From: an uncultured Spirochaetaceae bacterium | Lineage (GTDB): Bacteria > Myxococcota_A > UBA9160 > UBA4427 | Length of the DNA stretch: 64,000 nt | Reading direction: 5' to 3' | Assembly (NCBI GenBank): GCA_964435795.1 | Contig: CAYTAT010000030.1 | Span: 876 to 64,875, forward strand | Part shown: piece after piece, positions 29,593 to 37,586 of the stretch | Layout: the number at the start of each line of letters is the position of its first letter | Position numbering within the stretch: position 1 is the stretch's first letter | Made by a program: the position numbers and the translations under genes | Notes under the pieces: model-generated | What the model was told of the DNA's origin: nothing | What the model saw: only the letters and a program-made list of their open reading frames with translations | The model's database searches: none

Positions 29593-30612
29593 GTGAAGGT
29601 CGACGGAGCCATTCTGGTCGAAGATCCGGTAGACGCGGGTCCCGCGGCGAGCCGCCTGGAGGCGGCGGGTTATGACGGTGGATTCGCCTTCGAGGGCCGA
29701 CACGATCCCTTCTTCCCCCTCGTCCTGGCCGCCCAGCAGACCGAACGCCTCGAATTGATCACCGCCGTCGCGATTGCCTTCGCGCGCAATCCGATGAACC
29801 TCGCCCAGATTGGCTGGGATATGCAACTGCTGAGTCGCGGTCGCTTCATTCTCGGCCTCGGCACGCAGATCCGTCCCCATATCCAAAAGCGCTTCAGCAT
29901 GGAGTGGTCGCATCCCGCCGCCCGCATGAAGGAACTCGTCGAGGCCATTCGCGCGATCTGGGATTGTTGGCAGCATGGCAGCCGCCTCGATTTCCGTGGC
30001 CAGTTCTATACCCATACGCTGATGACGCCGGTCTTTACCCCGGAAGCGAGTCCACACGGTGTTCCCCCGATCTTTCTCTCGGCGGTGGGGCCCCGGATGA
30101 CCGAGGTGGTGGCCGAGGTGGCGGACGGTTTCTTCGTGCATCCCTTTCATACGCGGGAATACATCGAAGAAGTTACGCTTCCCCATCTCGAGCGGGGCTT
30201 TGAGCGCGGGGGCAGGGGCCGGGCAGATCTGGAGATCTCCTGCCAGCTGATCGTGGCGACGGGTTCGAATGATGAGGAGATATCCGCCGCCCGGGACGGG
30301 GCCCGGGCCCAGATCTCCTTCTACGGATCGACCCCCGCCTACCGCCCCGTGCTCGATTGCATCGGGCGAGGCGATCTGCAGGAGGAGTTGAACTTCATGT
30401 CCAAGCAGGGCAAGTGGCTCGAGATGGCGGCCCGTATCGACGACGACCTGCTCGAGCGGATCGCCGTCGTGGGCAGGCGAGACGAAATCGCGGCGCGGGT
30501 TCGCGCCCGCTGCGAGGGCTTCGCCCAGCGGGTCAGCCTGGTGGCCCCCTTCGCGCCCGATGCGGATCTATGGGCCGACATCGTGAAGGATCTCGGCGAC
30601 GGGGGGAGTTGA
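29593..30612 (+). CDS. LLM-class oxidoreductase, probably F420-dependent (TIGR03617-like)
   Basis: GTG start with GAGGAG; [61 protein letters not shown]. Confidence 0.85.
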   Translation: MKVDGAILVEDPVDAGPAASRLEAAGYDGGFAFEGRHDPFFPLVLAAQQTERLELITAVAIAFARNPMNLAQIGWDMQLLSRGRFILGLGTQIRPHIQKRFSMEWSHPAARMKELVEAIRAIWDCWQHGSRLDFRGQFYTHTLMTPVFTPEASPHGVPPIFLSAVGPRMTEVVAEVADGFFVHPFHTREYIEEVTLPHLERGFERGGRGRADLEISCQLIVATGSNDEEISAARDGARAQISFYGSTPAYRPVLDCIGRGDLQEELNFMSKQGKWLEMAARIDDDLLERIAVVGRRDEIAARVRARCEGFAQRVSLVAPFAPDADLWADIVKDLGDGGS

Positions 30613-30613
30613 T

Positions 30614-31501
30614 GTGAACGATGAAGTCGTCATTACCTGTGCGGTGACCGGATCCGGAGATACGGCGGGGATTCATCCCGATCTCCCCATCAGCCCGGAA
30701 CAGATCGCAGACTCGGCCCTCGAGGCGGCCCGCGCCGGGGCCGCAGTTGTTCATATCCACGTGCGCGACCCCGAGACCGGTGCAGCCGCCCGGGATCCGG
30801 CTCTCTATCGCGAAGTCGTCGAGCGGATTCGAGAGGCGTCAACGGACGTCCTGCTGAACCTGACGGCGGGCATGGGGGGAGATCTCTTTGTCGGCGAGGA
30901 AGATCCCGCGCTGCCCGCTGAGGGGACGGATTTCATTTCCCCCCTCGAGCGCCTGGTCCACGTGGAGGAGCTGCGCCCCGAAATCTGTACCCTCGATTGC
31001 GGCACCATGAACTTCGGCGACGACCTCTACGTGATGATCAATCCGCCGCCCCATCTGCGCACCATGGCCGAGCGCATCAAGGCTCTCGGCGTCAAACCGG
31101 AGTTGGAGATATTCGATACCGGGCACTTCTGGTTTGCCCAGGAACTCATCCGGGAGGGATTTCTCGGCGAGCGCCCGCTCTACCAATTCTGTCACGGAAT
31201 TCCCTGGGGCATGCCCGCCGACGTGGGCCTGCTGAAGAATATGGTGGATCAACTGCCCCAGGGCAGTTTCTTCACGAGTTTCGCGATCAGCCGCATGCAG
31301 ATGCCGTGGGTCGCCCAGTCGATCCTGCTGGGGGGACATGTGCGCGTGGGGCTGGAGGATAACCTCTACCTTTCGCGCGGAGAGTTCGCGAGCAACGCAG
31401 AATTGGTCGAGCGGGCGCGCTCGCTGGTCGAAAGCCTCGGGGCTTCCGTGGCCGGCCCCGAGCGTGCCCGGGAGTTGATGGGTCTGGGCGGGCACGGTTG
31501 A
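30614..31501 (+). CDS. cdhC: Beta-keto acid cleavage enzyme (BKACE), probably dehydrocarnitine cleavage
   Basis: [36 protein letters not shown] and HVRVGLEDN motifs; coupled to carnitine dehydrogenase. Confidence 0.8.
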   Translation: MNDEVVITCAVTGSGDTAGIHPDLPISPEQIADSALEAARAGAAVVHIHVRDPETGAAARDPALYREVVERIREASTDVLLNLTAGMGGDLFVGEEDPALPAEGTDFISPLERLVHVEELRPEICTLDCGTMNFGDDLYVMINPPPHLRTMAERIKALGVKPELEIFDTGHFWFAQELIREGFLGERPLYQFCHGIPWGMPADVGLLKNMVDQLPQGSFFTSFAISRMQMPWVAQSILLGGHVRVGLEDNLYLSRGEFASNAELVERARSLVESLGASVAGPERARELMGLGGHG

Positions 31502-32496
31502 GGAGGTCGAGCCAGGTGGCCGACGTAGCGGTCTTCGGATTGGTGGGAAGTGGCATCATTGGCTCGGGTTGGGCCGCGCGCGCCCTCGCCCGGGGCCTCG
31601 ACGTCATCGCCTGGGATCCCGACCCCGACTTCGAGACCAAGCTGCGGGAGAGGCTGGAGAATGCCTGGCCGGCCCTCGAGGCGCTGGGACTCTTTCCGGG
31701 GGCCTCGAAGGATCGCCTGAGGGCGGCCGCCCGCCTGGAAGAAGTGGCCGAGGCAGCGGATTTTGTACAGGAGAGTGCTCCCGAGCGGATCGAATTGAAG
31801 ACGCGATTGCATGCGGCCATCGATCGGGCGGCCGGGTCCGAGGTCATCATTGCCTCAAGCACCTCCGGCCTGCTGCCGAGTGAATTCCAAGCCGAGTGCG
31901 AGAATCCCGAACGCGTGCTGGTGGGCCATCCCTTCAATCCCGTCTACCTCCTGCCCCTGGTGGAGGTGCTGGGAGGGGAGCGCACGCGACCGGAGTGCGT
32001 GGATCGCGCGATCGAATTCTATACGGATCTCGGCATGCACCCCCTGCGGGTTCGACGGGAGATCCCCGGATTTCTCGCCGATCGCCTCCAGGAGGCCCTA
32101 TGGCGGGAGGCGCTGCATCTCGTCGCTGAAGGTGTGGCCACCACCGAGGAGTTGGATGCCGCGATCGCCTACGGGCCGGGCCTCCGCTGGGCGCTCTGGG
32201 GCACTTGTCTCCACTTTCATCTGGCCGGGGGGGACGGGGGCATGCGACAGATGCTCGAGCATTTCGATCCTTCACTCTTCCCCTGGAGCCGACTCGAGCC
32301 CCCCGCGATGAGCGAAGAATTGATCCGGCGCCTGGCCGAGGGCTGCGAGGAGCAGGCCGCCGGGCGCAGCGTTCGCGAACTCGAACGGGTACGGGATGAG
32401 GCCCTGATCGGAATCCTTCGAGCCCTGGAGGAGCGGGGTCTGGCCGCTGGCCGGACCCTGGCCGAGCACCGGCGAGGAATCCCCGATCGTGAGTAA
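31498..32496 (+). CDS. cdhA: L-carnitine 3-dehydrogenase-like (3-hydroxyacyl-CoA dehydrogenase family)
   Basis: [68 protein letters not shown]. Confidence 0.8.
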   Translation: MRRSSQVADVAVFGLVGSGIIGSGWAARALARGLDVIAWDPDPDFETKLRERLENAWPALEALGLFPGASKDRLRAAARLEEVAEAADFVQESAPERIELKTRLHAAIDRAAGSEVIIASSTSGLLPSEFQAECENPERVLVGHPFNPVYLLPLVEVLGGERTRPECVDRAIEFYTDLGMHPLRVRREIPGFLADRLQEALWREALHLVAEGVATTEELDAAIAYGPGLRWALWGTCLHFHLAGGDGGMRQMLEHFDPSLFPWSRLEPPAMSEELIRRLAEGCEEQAAGRSVRELERVRDEALIGILRALEERGLAAGRTLAEHRRGIPDRE

Positions 32497-32612
32497 TCTC
32501 CCGACCGGGGTGCTCGGGGTGCACGCCCCGAATTCGCGCGTCGGGATACATCGAAAACCAGATCGACTGGATTTGTCGCCATCGGAGAGGCATTCCGCCA
32601 TACTTGATCACC

Positions 32613-33191
32613 ATGCCGGGGACCACTCGCCAGCAGCCTGAAGAAGATTGGTACGCCGTCCTCGCAGCATTGCTGGAGGGCGACGCGCTCGCCCTCGCGC
32701 GGCTGACGCGCCTGGTCAACGGGTTCCTGGCCGGCTGGAATGCCTACGATTTTCGAGACGACTGGGACGATCTCCTGCAGGAGGTCGTGATCGCAGCGGC
32801 CACGGCGCTCCAAGAGGATCGCATTCGCGACCGGCGAGCGGTGGTGGGCTATCTGCGAACGACCGCCCGCTTCAAATTCGTGGATCGGCTGCGGCGGCAC
32901 CTGCGCACGAAAGAAGATCAGACCCTGCCCTGGGAAGACGTGGTGGGTCACGATGAACTCACGACCGCGGAAACGGAGCCCCAGGAGGGGATGGCCCGGG
33001 ATGTCCGGCAGGCGCTGGAGCGGTTGCCGGAAAATCGGCGCCTGGCGGTCGTCGGTGTCTACGTGGAGGGAAAGACCTACGAAGCCGTCGCCAAGGAGAC
33101 CGGGATCCCCCTGGGGTCCCTGAAGCGTTATCTACGCGATGGGCTCGCACAATTGCGTGAAGAATTATCGGATTTTCTCGACTCGGGTTGA
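32613..33191 (+). CDS. ECF RNA polymerase sigma factor
   Basis: Region 2 DWDDLLQEV...YLRTTARFKFVDRLRR; region 4 LPENRRLAVVGVYVEGKTYEAVAKETGIPLGSLKRYL. Confidence 0.9.
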   Translation: MPGTTRQQPEEDWYAVLAALLEGDALALARLTRLVNGFLAGWNAYDFRDDWDDLLQEVVIAAATALQEDRIRDRRAVVGYLRTTARFKFVDRLRRHLRTKEDQTLPWEDVVGHDELTTAETEPQEGMARDVRQALERLPENRRLAVVGVYVEGKTYEAVAKETGIPLGSLKRYLRDGLAQLREELSDFLDSG

Positions 33192-33274
33192 TCCCATTGA
33201 GGCATGGAGGCCGACTGTAAGGAGGAGCGGGTACCAGGACCGACTTCGCTGGGTACTCGCCTAAGGGGGTGGAG

Positions 33275-34753
33275 ATGAGCTGTCAGAAATCTACTGAAAT
33301 CGACCTGAGCACCTTTCTCCTGGAAAGGGATGAGAGCCAGTGGTCCGAGTTCCGTGCACACTATCCCGCTTGTGGGGATTGTTCTCGTGAAGTCGCCCTA
33401 TGGTCGAAGCTCGAAAATGCGCTGGGATCATCGAGTCCCGGTCGCGTTCATCCCCCCGAAGAAGAATTGCTCGCCCTGACGACCCTTTCCCTGGACGGCA
33501 TTCGACAAGAGCGGGTCGAGAACCACCTCGCCGACTGCGGTGCCTGCCGGAGTGAAGTGGCCGCCCTGCGCGCCTTTGATTTCTCCGCCGTGATGAGCGG
33601 GCAGCAGGCGGCCGCCATCGCCTTCCAGCCCGAGTCGTCGGAAGCACCGCTCTGGAGCCGCATCCAATCCGGGGTCGGAGAATTCTTCGAATCGATTCGA
33701 GCCAGTTCGCTTCAGCCAGCCCTGATGGCCGCGGCCCTGGTGTTGCTACTGGTTCCCGTCGGTCTTCGGCTCTTCCAGGGGGCGGAGAGCGAAGTGCCCG
33801 CCTCCATCGGCTCCGTTATCGGCTCCGTTCCGATCGCCCAGCAGGAGGCCGTTCCGGCTCCTCGCGAACTTCCGGATGCCGGGCAGCAGCTGGCCCGGGA
33901 GGATTCGCCCCCCGCCAGTGATCCGCTCCCGATCCGGGAAATACCGGTGCTCGAGGAGCCGCTCGAGATCGCGGTGAATGAAGCCGCGCCCCCGGTGGTC
34001 GAGACCGAAGCGCTTCGCGAAAATTCTTCCGCCGTCGCGCAGGCGGAGACCCGGATTCCGGTTTCCAACGACGAATCCCTTCCGGCCTGGGCCGAAGATG
34101 TGGAGGCCGAGACCGTGCTGATCGCGGCGCTGCTCCCGGACGATCTTCCCCTCTACGACGTGGCCGGTATCGCTTCCCTCGGCGGTCCGTCTGTCCGCAC
34201 GGGGGGCTTCGCACGCTCCTTATCGGGCCGGACCCCGAGTGTGCGCCTCTTCTCGCCCGAGCATGTCGGTTGGACGAGCAAAGCCTCGCCAACCCTTTTC
34301 TGGGAACTCTCCCAGGCCAGCGATCTGCCCCTCGAGATCGTCATCGGCAGCGACGAAGAACTCGTCCCGCTGCTGGAAGTCAGGCTGTCCGGTCCTCACG
34401 CGGCGGGCGTCCAGGCGATTTCCCTGGCCGAAGCCGGAGTGAAGCTGGATCCGAATCGGGTCTACCGCTGGTCCGCATCGCTGGTCGTGGACGAGCAGCG
34501 TCGGTCCCGCGACGTGGTCGCCGGATCCGCGCTGATGTTCCGACCTCCTCCAGAAGCCGAAATGGCCGACTTCCAGGCCGCCCCGGCCGGGCATCTCGCC
34601 CACCGCTTTGCGGCGCGTGGCTACTGGTACGACGCCTTCAGTCAGCTTAACCTGTGGCTCGAAGAGGAGCCCCAGGATGCCCGCCTACTCGATCACCGCA
34701 GGGCCCTGCTCAAGCAAGTGGGTCTGGTCTCCGATTCCGGGAATTCCCGGTAG
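33275..34753 (+). CDS. Membrane anti-sigma factor: two zf-HC2 zinc fingers, TM helix, acidic/Pro-rich linker, C-terminal DUF928-like domain
   Basis: HYPACGDC and HLADCGAC (HxxxCxxC); TM ALMAAALVLLLVPVGL; DUF928-like GWTSKASPTLFW, YRWSASL and FAARGYWYDA. Confidence 0.8.
   Translation: MSCQKSTEIDLSTFLLERDESQWSEFRAHYPACGDCSREVALWSKLENALGSSSPGRVHPPEEELLALTTLSLDGIRQERVENHLADCGACRSEVAALRAFDFSAVMSGQQAAAIAFQPESSEAPLWSRIQSGVGEFFESIRASSLQPALMAAALVLLLVPVGLRLFQGAESEVPASIGSVIGSVPIAQQEAVPAPRELPDAGQQLAREDSPPASDPLPIREIPVLEEPLEIAVNEAAPPVVETEALRENSSAVAQAETRIPVSNDESLPAWAEDVEAETVLIAALLPDDLPLYDVAGIASLGGPSVRTGGFARSLSGRTPSVRLFSPEHVGWTSKASPTLFWELSQASDLPLEIVIGSDEELVPLLEVRLSGPHAAGVQAISLAEAGVKLDPNRVYRWSASLVVDEQRRSRDVVAGSALMFRPPPEAEMADFQAAPAGHLAHRFAARGYWYDAFSQLNLWLEEEPQDARLLDHRRALLKQVGLVSDSGNSR
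33806..33829 (+). repeat. In-frame 12-bp tandem duplication (IGSV x2)
   Basis: ATCGGCTCCGTT occurs twice in a row. Confidence 0.85.
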
Positions 34754-34807
34754 GAGAAGAATCGAAACGTCGGCACGCAGCCGAACTGGGCTGAACGGGA
34801 AAGAATC

Positions 34808-37150
34808 GTGCGCCCGCTGATTCTTCCCCTATTGATTCTTCCCCTGAGCGTTCTGCTGATCCATTGCGCCGATTCCCGACGGCTCTCGAATGCCGAGGAC
34901 GGGATGCGGGGTCAAGAGTTTCTCGAGCGCGGTGGCTTTGCCCTGCAGCGGGGCGATTTCGAAGCCGCATTGGCGGACCTCACACTCGCGAAAGCCTTGA
35001 CGGCACGTTCGGGCGACGTCGAGGGCCACTACCGCGCCCTCATGGGGCTGGCCCGGGCCGAGGGGGCCCTGGGAGAGTTCCCGTCGGCGCAACGAGATCT
35101 GCGCCTGGCCCTGGCGGATGCCGATGCCCTCGGAGACGCGGAGAAGCACGCGCGTGCGCTGGTGGCCCTCGGAGGAGCTCAATTGGCCCTGGGAGATTCA
35201 ATAGCGGCCCGGGAGACACTGGGCGCCGGCGAGCGGATCGCCCGACGAGGCGGATTCGATCTGGCCCTGGCCGCCGCCCTCAACGACCGGGCCAACCTGG
35301 CGCGACTGGGGGGGGAAGAGGCGTCGGCCGTGGTCCTCTATTCGGAGGCGGCGGCGGCGGCCGAGCGAGCCCGGCGCCCCGCTCTGGTTGCGCGAATTCT
35401 GGCCAATGCGGCTCGAACCCTTCGGGCGGATCCCGAGCGTGCACTTTCGCTTCTCGTGAGCGCAGAGCGAGAGTTGGCGGAATCGGGGGATTCCCATGCG
35501 CTCGCGGAGTTGCTGCTGAATATCGCCCAACTCCACCGGGAACGAGCGCCGACCCCGCCGGTCGGGGAGCCGGGACCCCATGCCAGGGAAATCGCCCATG
35601 CCAGGGAAATCGCCAATGCCAGGGCGCTCGCTCTGCTCGAGCGGGCCCTGGGCGTAGCGCAGCGTGTGGAAGATGATCGGATGGCGTCCCACGCCCTGGG
35701 ATTGATGGGCGAGGTCTACGCCGAAGAGGGTCGTCCCGGAGAAGCCCTCGCGGCGAGTCGACGGGCCCTGGTCGTGGCTCGTGATCTGGACGGTCCGGAA
35801 ATCGTCTATCGCTGGCATGCCCAGGTGGGTCGCCTGCTCTTCGCAGCGGGCGAAAGCGACGGGGCCGCCGCCGCCTATCGCCGCTCGGTGGCCCTGCTGA
35901 ATCGCTTGCGCGATCGCCAGGCCTGGGCGGCGGCTCTGTCGGAGTCCTCCTTCGAAAGCAGGCTGGCGCCGATCTATTATGAGTTCGTCGAGTTGCTCCT
36001 GGAGAGTGCGGCGGCGGCTTCGGATCCCGGCGAGGAGCAGAGTCTCCTATCCGAGGCGCGGCAGGTGATGGAGAATCTCAAGGTCGCCGAATTGCGGGAT
36101 TACTTTCGCGATGACTGCGTGGATTCCCAGCGCGCCCGGGTGCAGAGTCTGGAGAGCGTTTCGGACCGGGCCGCGGTCCTCTATCCCATCCTGCTCGAGC
36201 GGCGTCTGGTGCTCCTGCTGGGACTCCCCGGTGGCCGACTCGAGCAGATCAGCGTGCCGGTACCCAGGTCGGAAGTCGAAAATACGGCCGAGCAATTTCG
36301 CGATCACCTGGAACATCGGGCGACACGTCGTTTCCTCCCCCACGCGGTTCGCCTCTACGATTGGCTCATCGCCTCCATCGAGAACCGGCTGCGGACCGCG
36401 CGGATCGAGACCCTGGTCTTCGTACCCGACGGAGTGCTGCTCACGATTCCGATGGCGGCCCTGCACGACGGGGAACGATTCCTGGTGGAGAAATTTTCCT
36501 TGGCGACGACACCCGGCCTCGATCTCGTCGATCCCGCCGCCCTGATGCGTCCAGACCTGAAATCCATTGCTGCCGGGATCTCAAAATCCATCGCCGGGCA
36601 GCCTCCGCTTCCATGGGTCGCCCGGGAAATTCGCCTCGTGGAGTCGCTGCTCGGGGGAGAGATCCTGCTCGACGATGACTTCCAACGCGCGAACCTGCGG
36701 GCCTCCCTGGAAGCGGAAGATTTCGGCGTGGTGCACATCGCCACTCACGCGCAATTTTCAGCTCGCTCCGAGGAGACGTATCTTCTGACCTGGGATGGTC
36801 GCCTCGGTCTCGATGCGCTGGCGGATCAGATCGGCCTCTTCCGTTTTCGGGATCAACCCCTCGAACTCCTCACCCTCAGCGCTTGCGAGACGGCCCAGGG
36901 GGATCGGCGTGCGGCGCTGGGCCTCTCCGGGGTCGCGGTCAAGGCGGGTGCTCGAAGCGTGTTAGGCAGTCTCTGGAGTGTCAATGACGCCGCGACCACG
37001 CTCGTGGTGGGGGAGTTCTATCGCGCCCTGCTCGAGGGCAACTCGAGGGCCCAGGCCCTGCAACGTGCACAAATCCTGCTCCTGACCGACTTTCGCTATC
37101 GGCACCCCGCCTTTTGGGCTCCCTTTTTATTGATTGGGGCATGGCTCTAG
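34808..37150 (+). CDS. Exported TPR-CHAT (caspase/HetF-like) protease
   Basis: Hydrophobic N-terminus ending LIHC; TPR-like helices; CHAT motifs LVFVPDG, VHIATHAQF (His), LTLSACETAQGD (Cys), GARSVLGSLWSVND, HPAFWAPFLLIG. Confidence 0.92.
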   Translation: MRPLILPLLILPLSVLLIHCADSRRLSNAEDGMRGQEFLERGGFALQRGDFEAALADLTLAKALTARSGDVEGHYRALMGLARAEGALGEFPSAQRDLRLALADADALGDAEKHARALVALGGAQLALGDSIAARETLGAGERIARRGGFDLALAAALNDRANLARLGGEEASAVVLYSEAAAAAERARRPALVARILANAARTLRADPERALSLLVSAERELAESGDSHALAELLLNIAQLHRERAPTPPVGEPGPHAREIAHAREIANARALALLERALGVAQRVEDDRMASHALGLMGEVYAEEGRPGEALAASRRALVVARDLDGPEIVYRWHAQVGRLLFAAGESDGAAAAYRRSVALLNRLRDRQAWAAALSESSFESRLAPIYYEFVELLLESAAAASDPGEEQSLLSEARQVMENLKVAELRDYFRDDCVDSQRARVQSLESVSDRAAVLYPILLERRLVLLLGLPGGRLEQISVPVPRSEVENTAEQFRDHLEHRATRRFLPHAVRLYDWLIASIENRLRTARIETLVFVPDGVLLTIPMAALHDGERFLVEKFSLATTPGLDLVDPAALMRPDLKSIAAGISKSIAGQPPLPWVAREIRLVESLLGGEILLDDDFQRANLRASLEAEDFGVVHIATHAQFSARSEETYLLTWDGRLGLDALADQIGLFRFRDQPLELLTLSACETAQGDRRAALGLSGVAVKAGARSVLGSLWSVNDAATTLVVGEFYRALLEGNSRAQALQRAQILLLTDFRYRHPAFWAPFLLIGAWL
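35578..35624 (+). repeat. In-frame 18-bp tandem repeat (HAREIA, about 2.6 copies)
   Basis: CCATGCCAGGGAAATCGC twice, followed by CAATGCCAGGG. Confidence 0.85.
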
Positions 37151-37497
37151 GGGAATAACGACGGCTGCTCGGACCGCTCACGGGGGTTCTCGTTGGGGCG
37201 ATCCCCTGCCGCGAGGTTCCACTTGCGGCCCTGGATTTTTCCGCCGCAGGGCGTGCGAAGGTGCTTTGCAGGCATCCTGGTAGCAGCGGGTGGGCCGTTC
37301 TGATGCGACACTGCCCCGTGGGGGAAACTTAAGGGGTCCGATTTCCATTGTTCTTACGACTTCCCTTTTACGGCTTCCGTGGGAGAGCAATTGCCATTAA
37401 GTGAAAAGCGGAGAGAAACCGAAAAGTTCTTGCGCTCAAAGGTCAATTATGAGCCTAATCGAAAGTGTTTTATGAGATGTGGCCCCCTTATCCACGA

Positions 37498-37539
37498 CGA
37501 CACGTCACCTCCACGACACGTCACCTCCATGATACGTCA
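37498..37539 (+). repeat. 16-bp direct repeat in an intergenic/promoter region
   Basis: CGACACGTCACCTCCA twice exactly, then partial TGATACGTCA. Confidence 0.85.
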
Positions 37540-37586
37540 GCGTATTTTCGAGGCTGGGGATGAAAGGGCGCTCACTCGAGATTGAG

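Noticed and set aside
34808-37150. TPR-CHAT plus sigma factor as a type III-E CRISPR (Craspase) locus
   Set aside because: No cas genes or CRISPR array in the window, and the protease has an export signal; used only as a mechanistic analogy.
37498-37539. 16-bp repeats as a mini-CRISPR
   Set aside because: Repeats are contiguous with no spacers and are too short.
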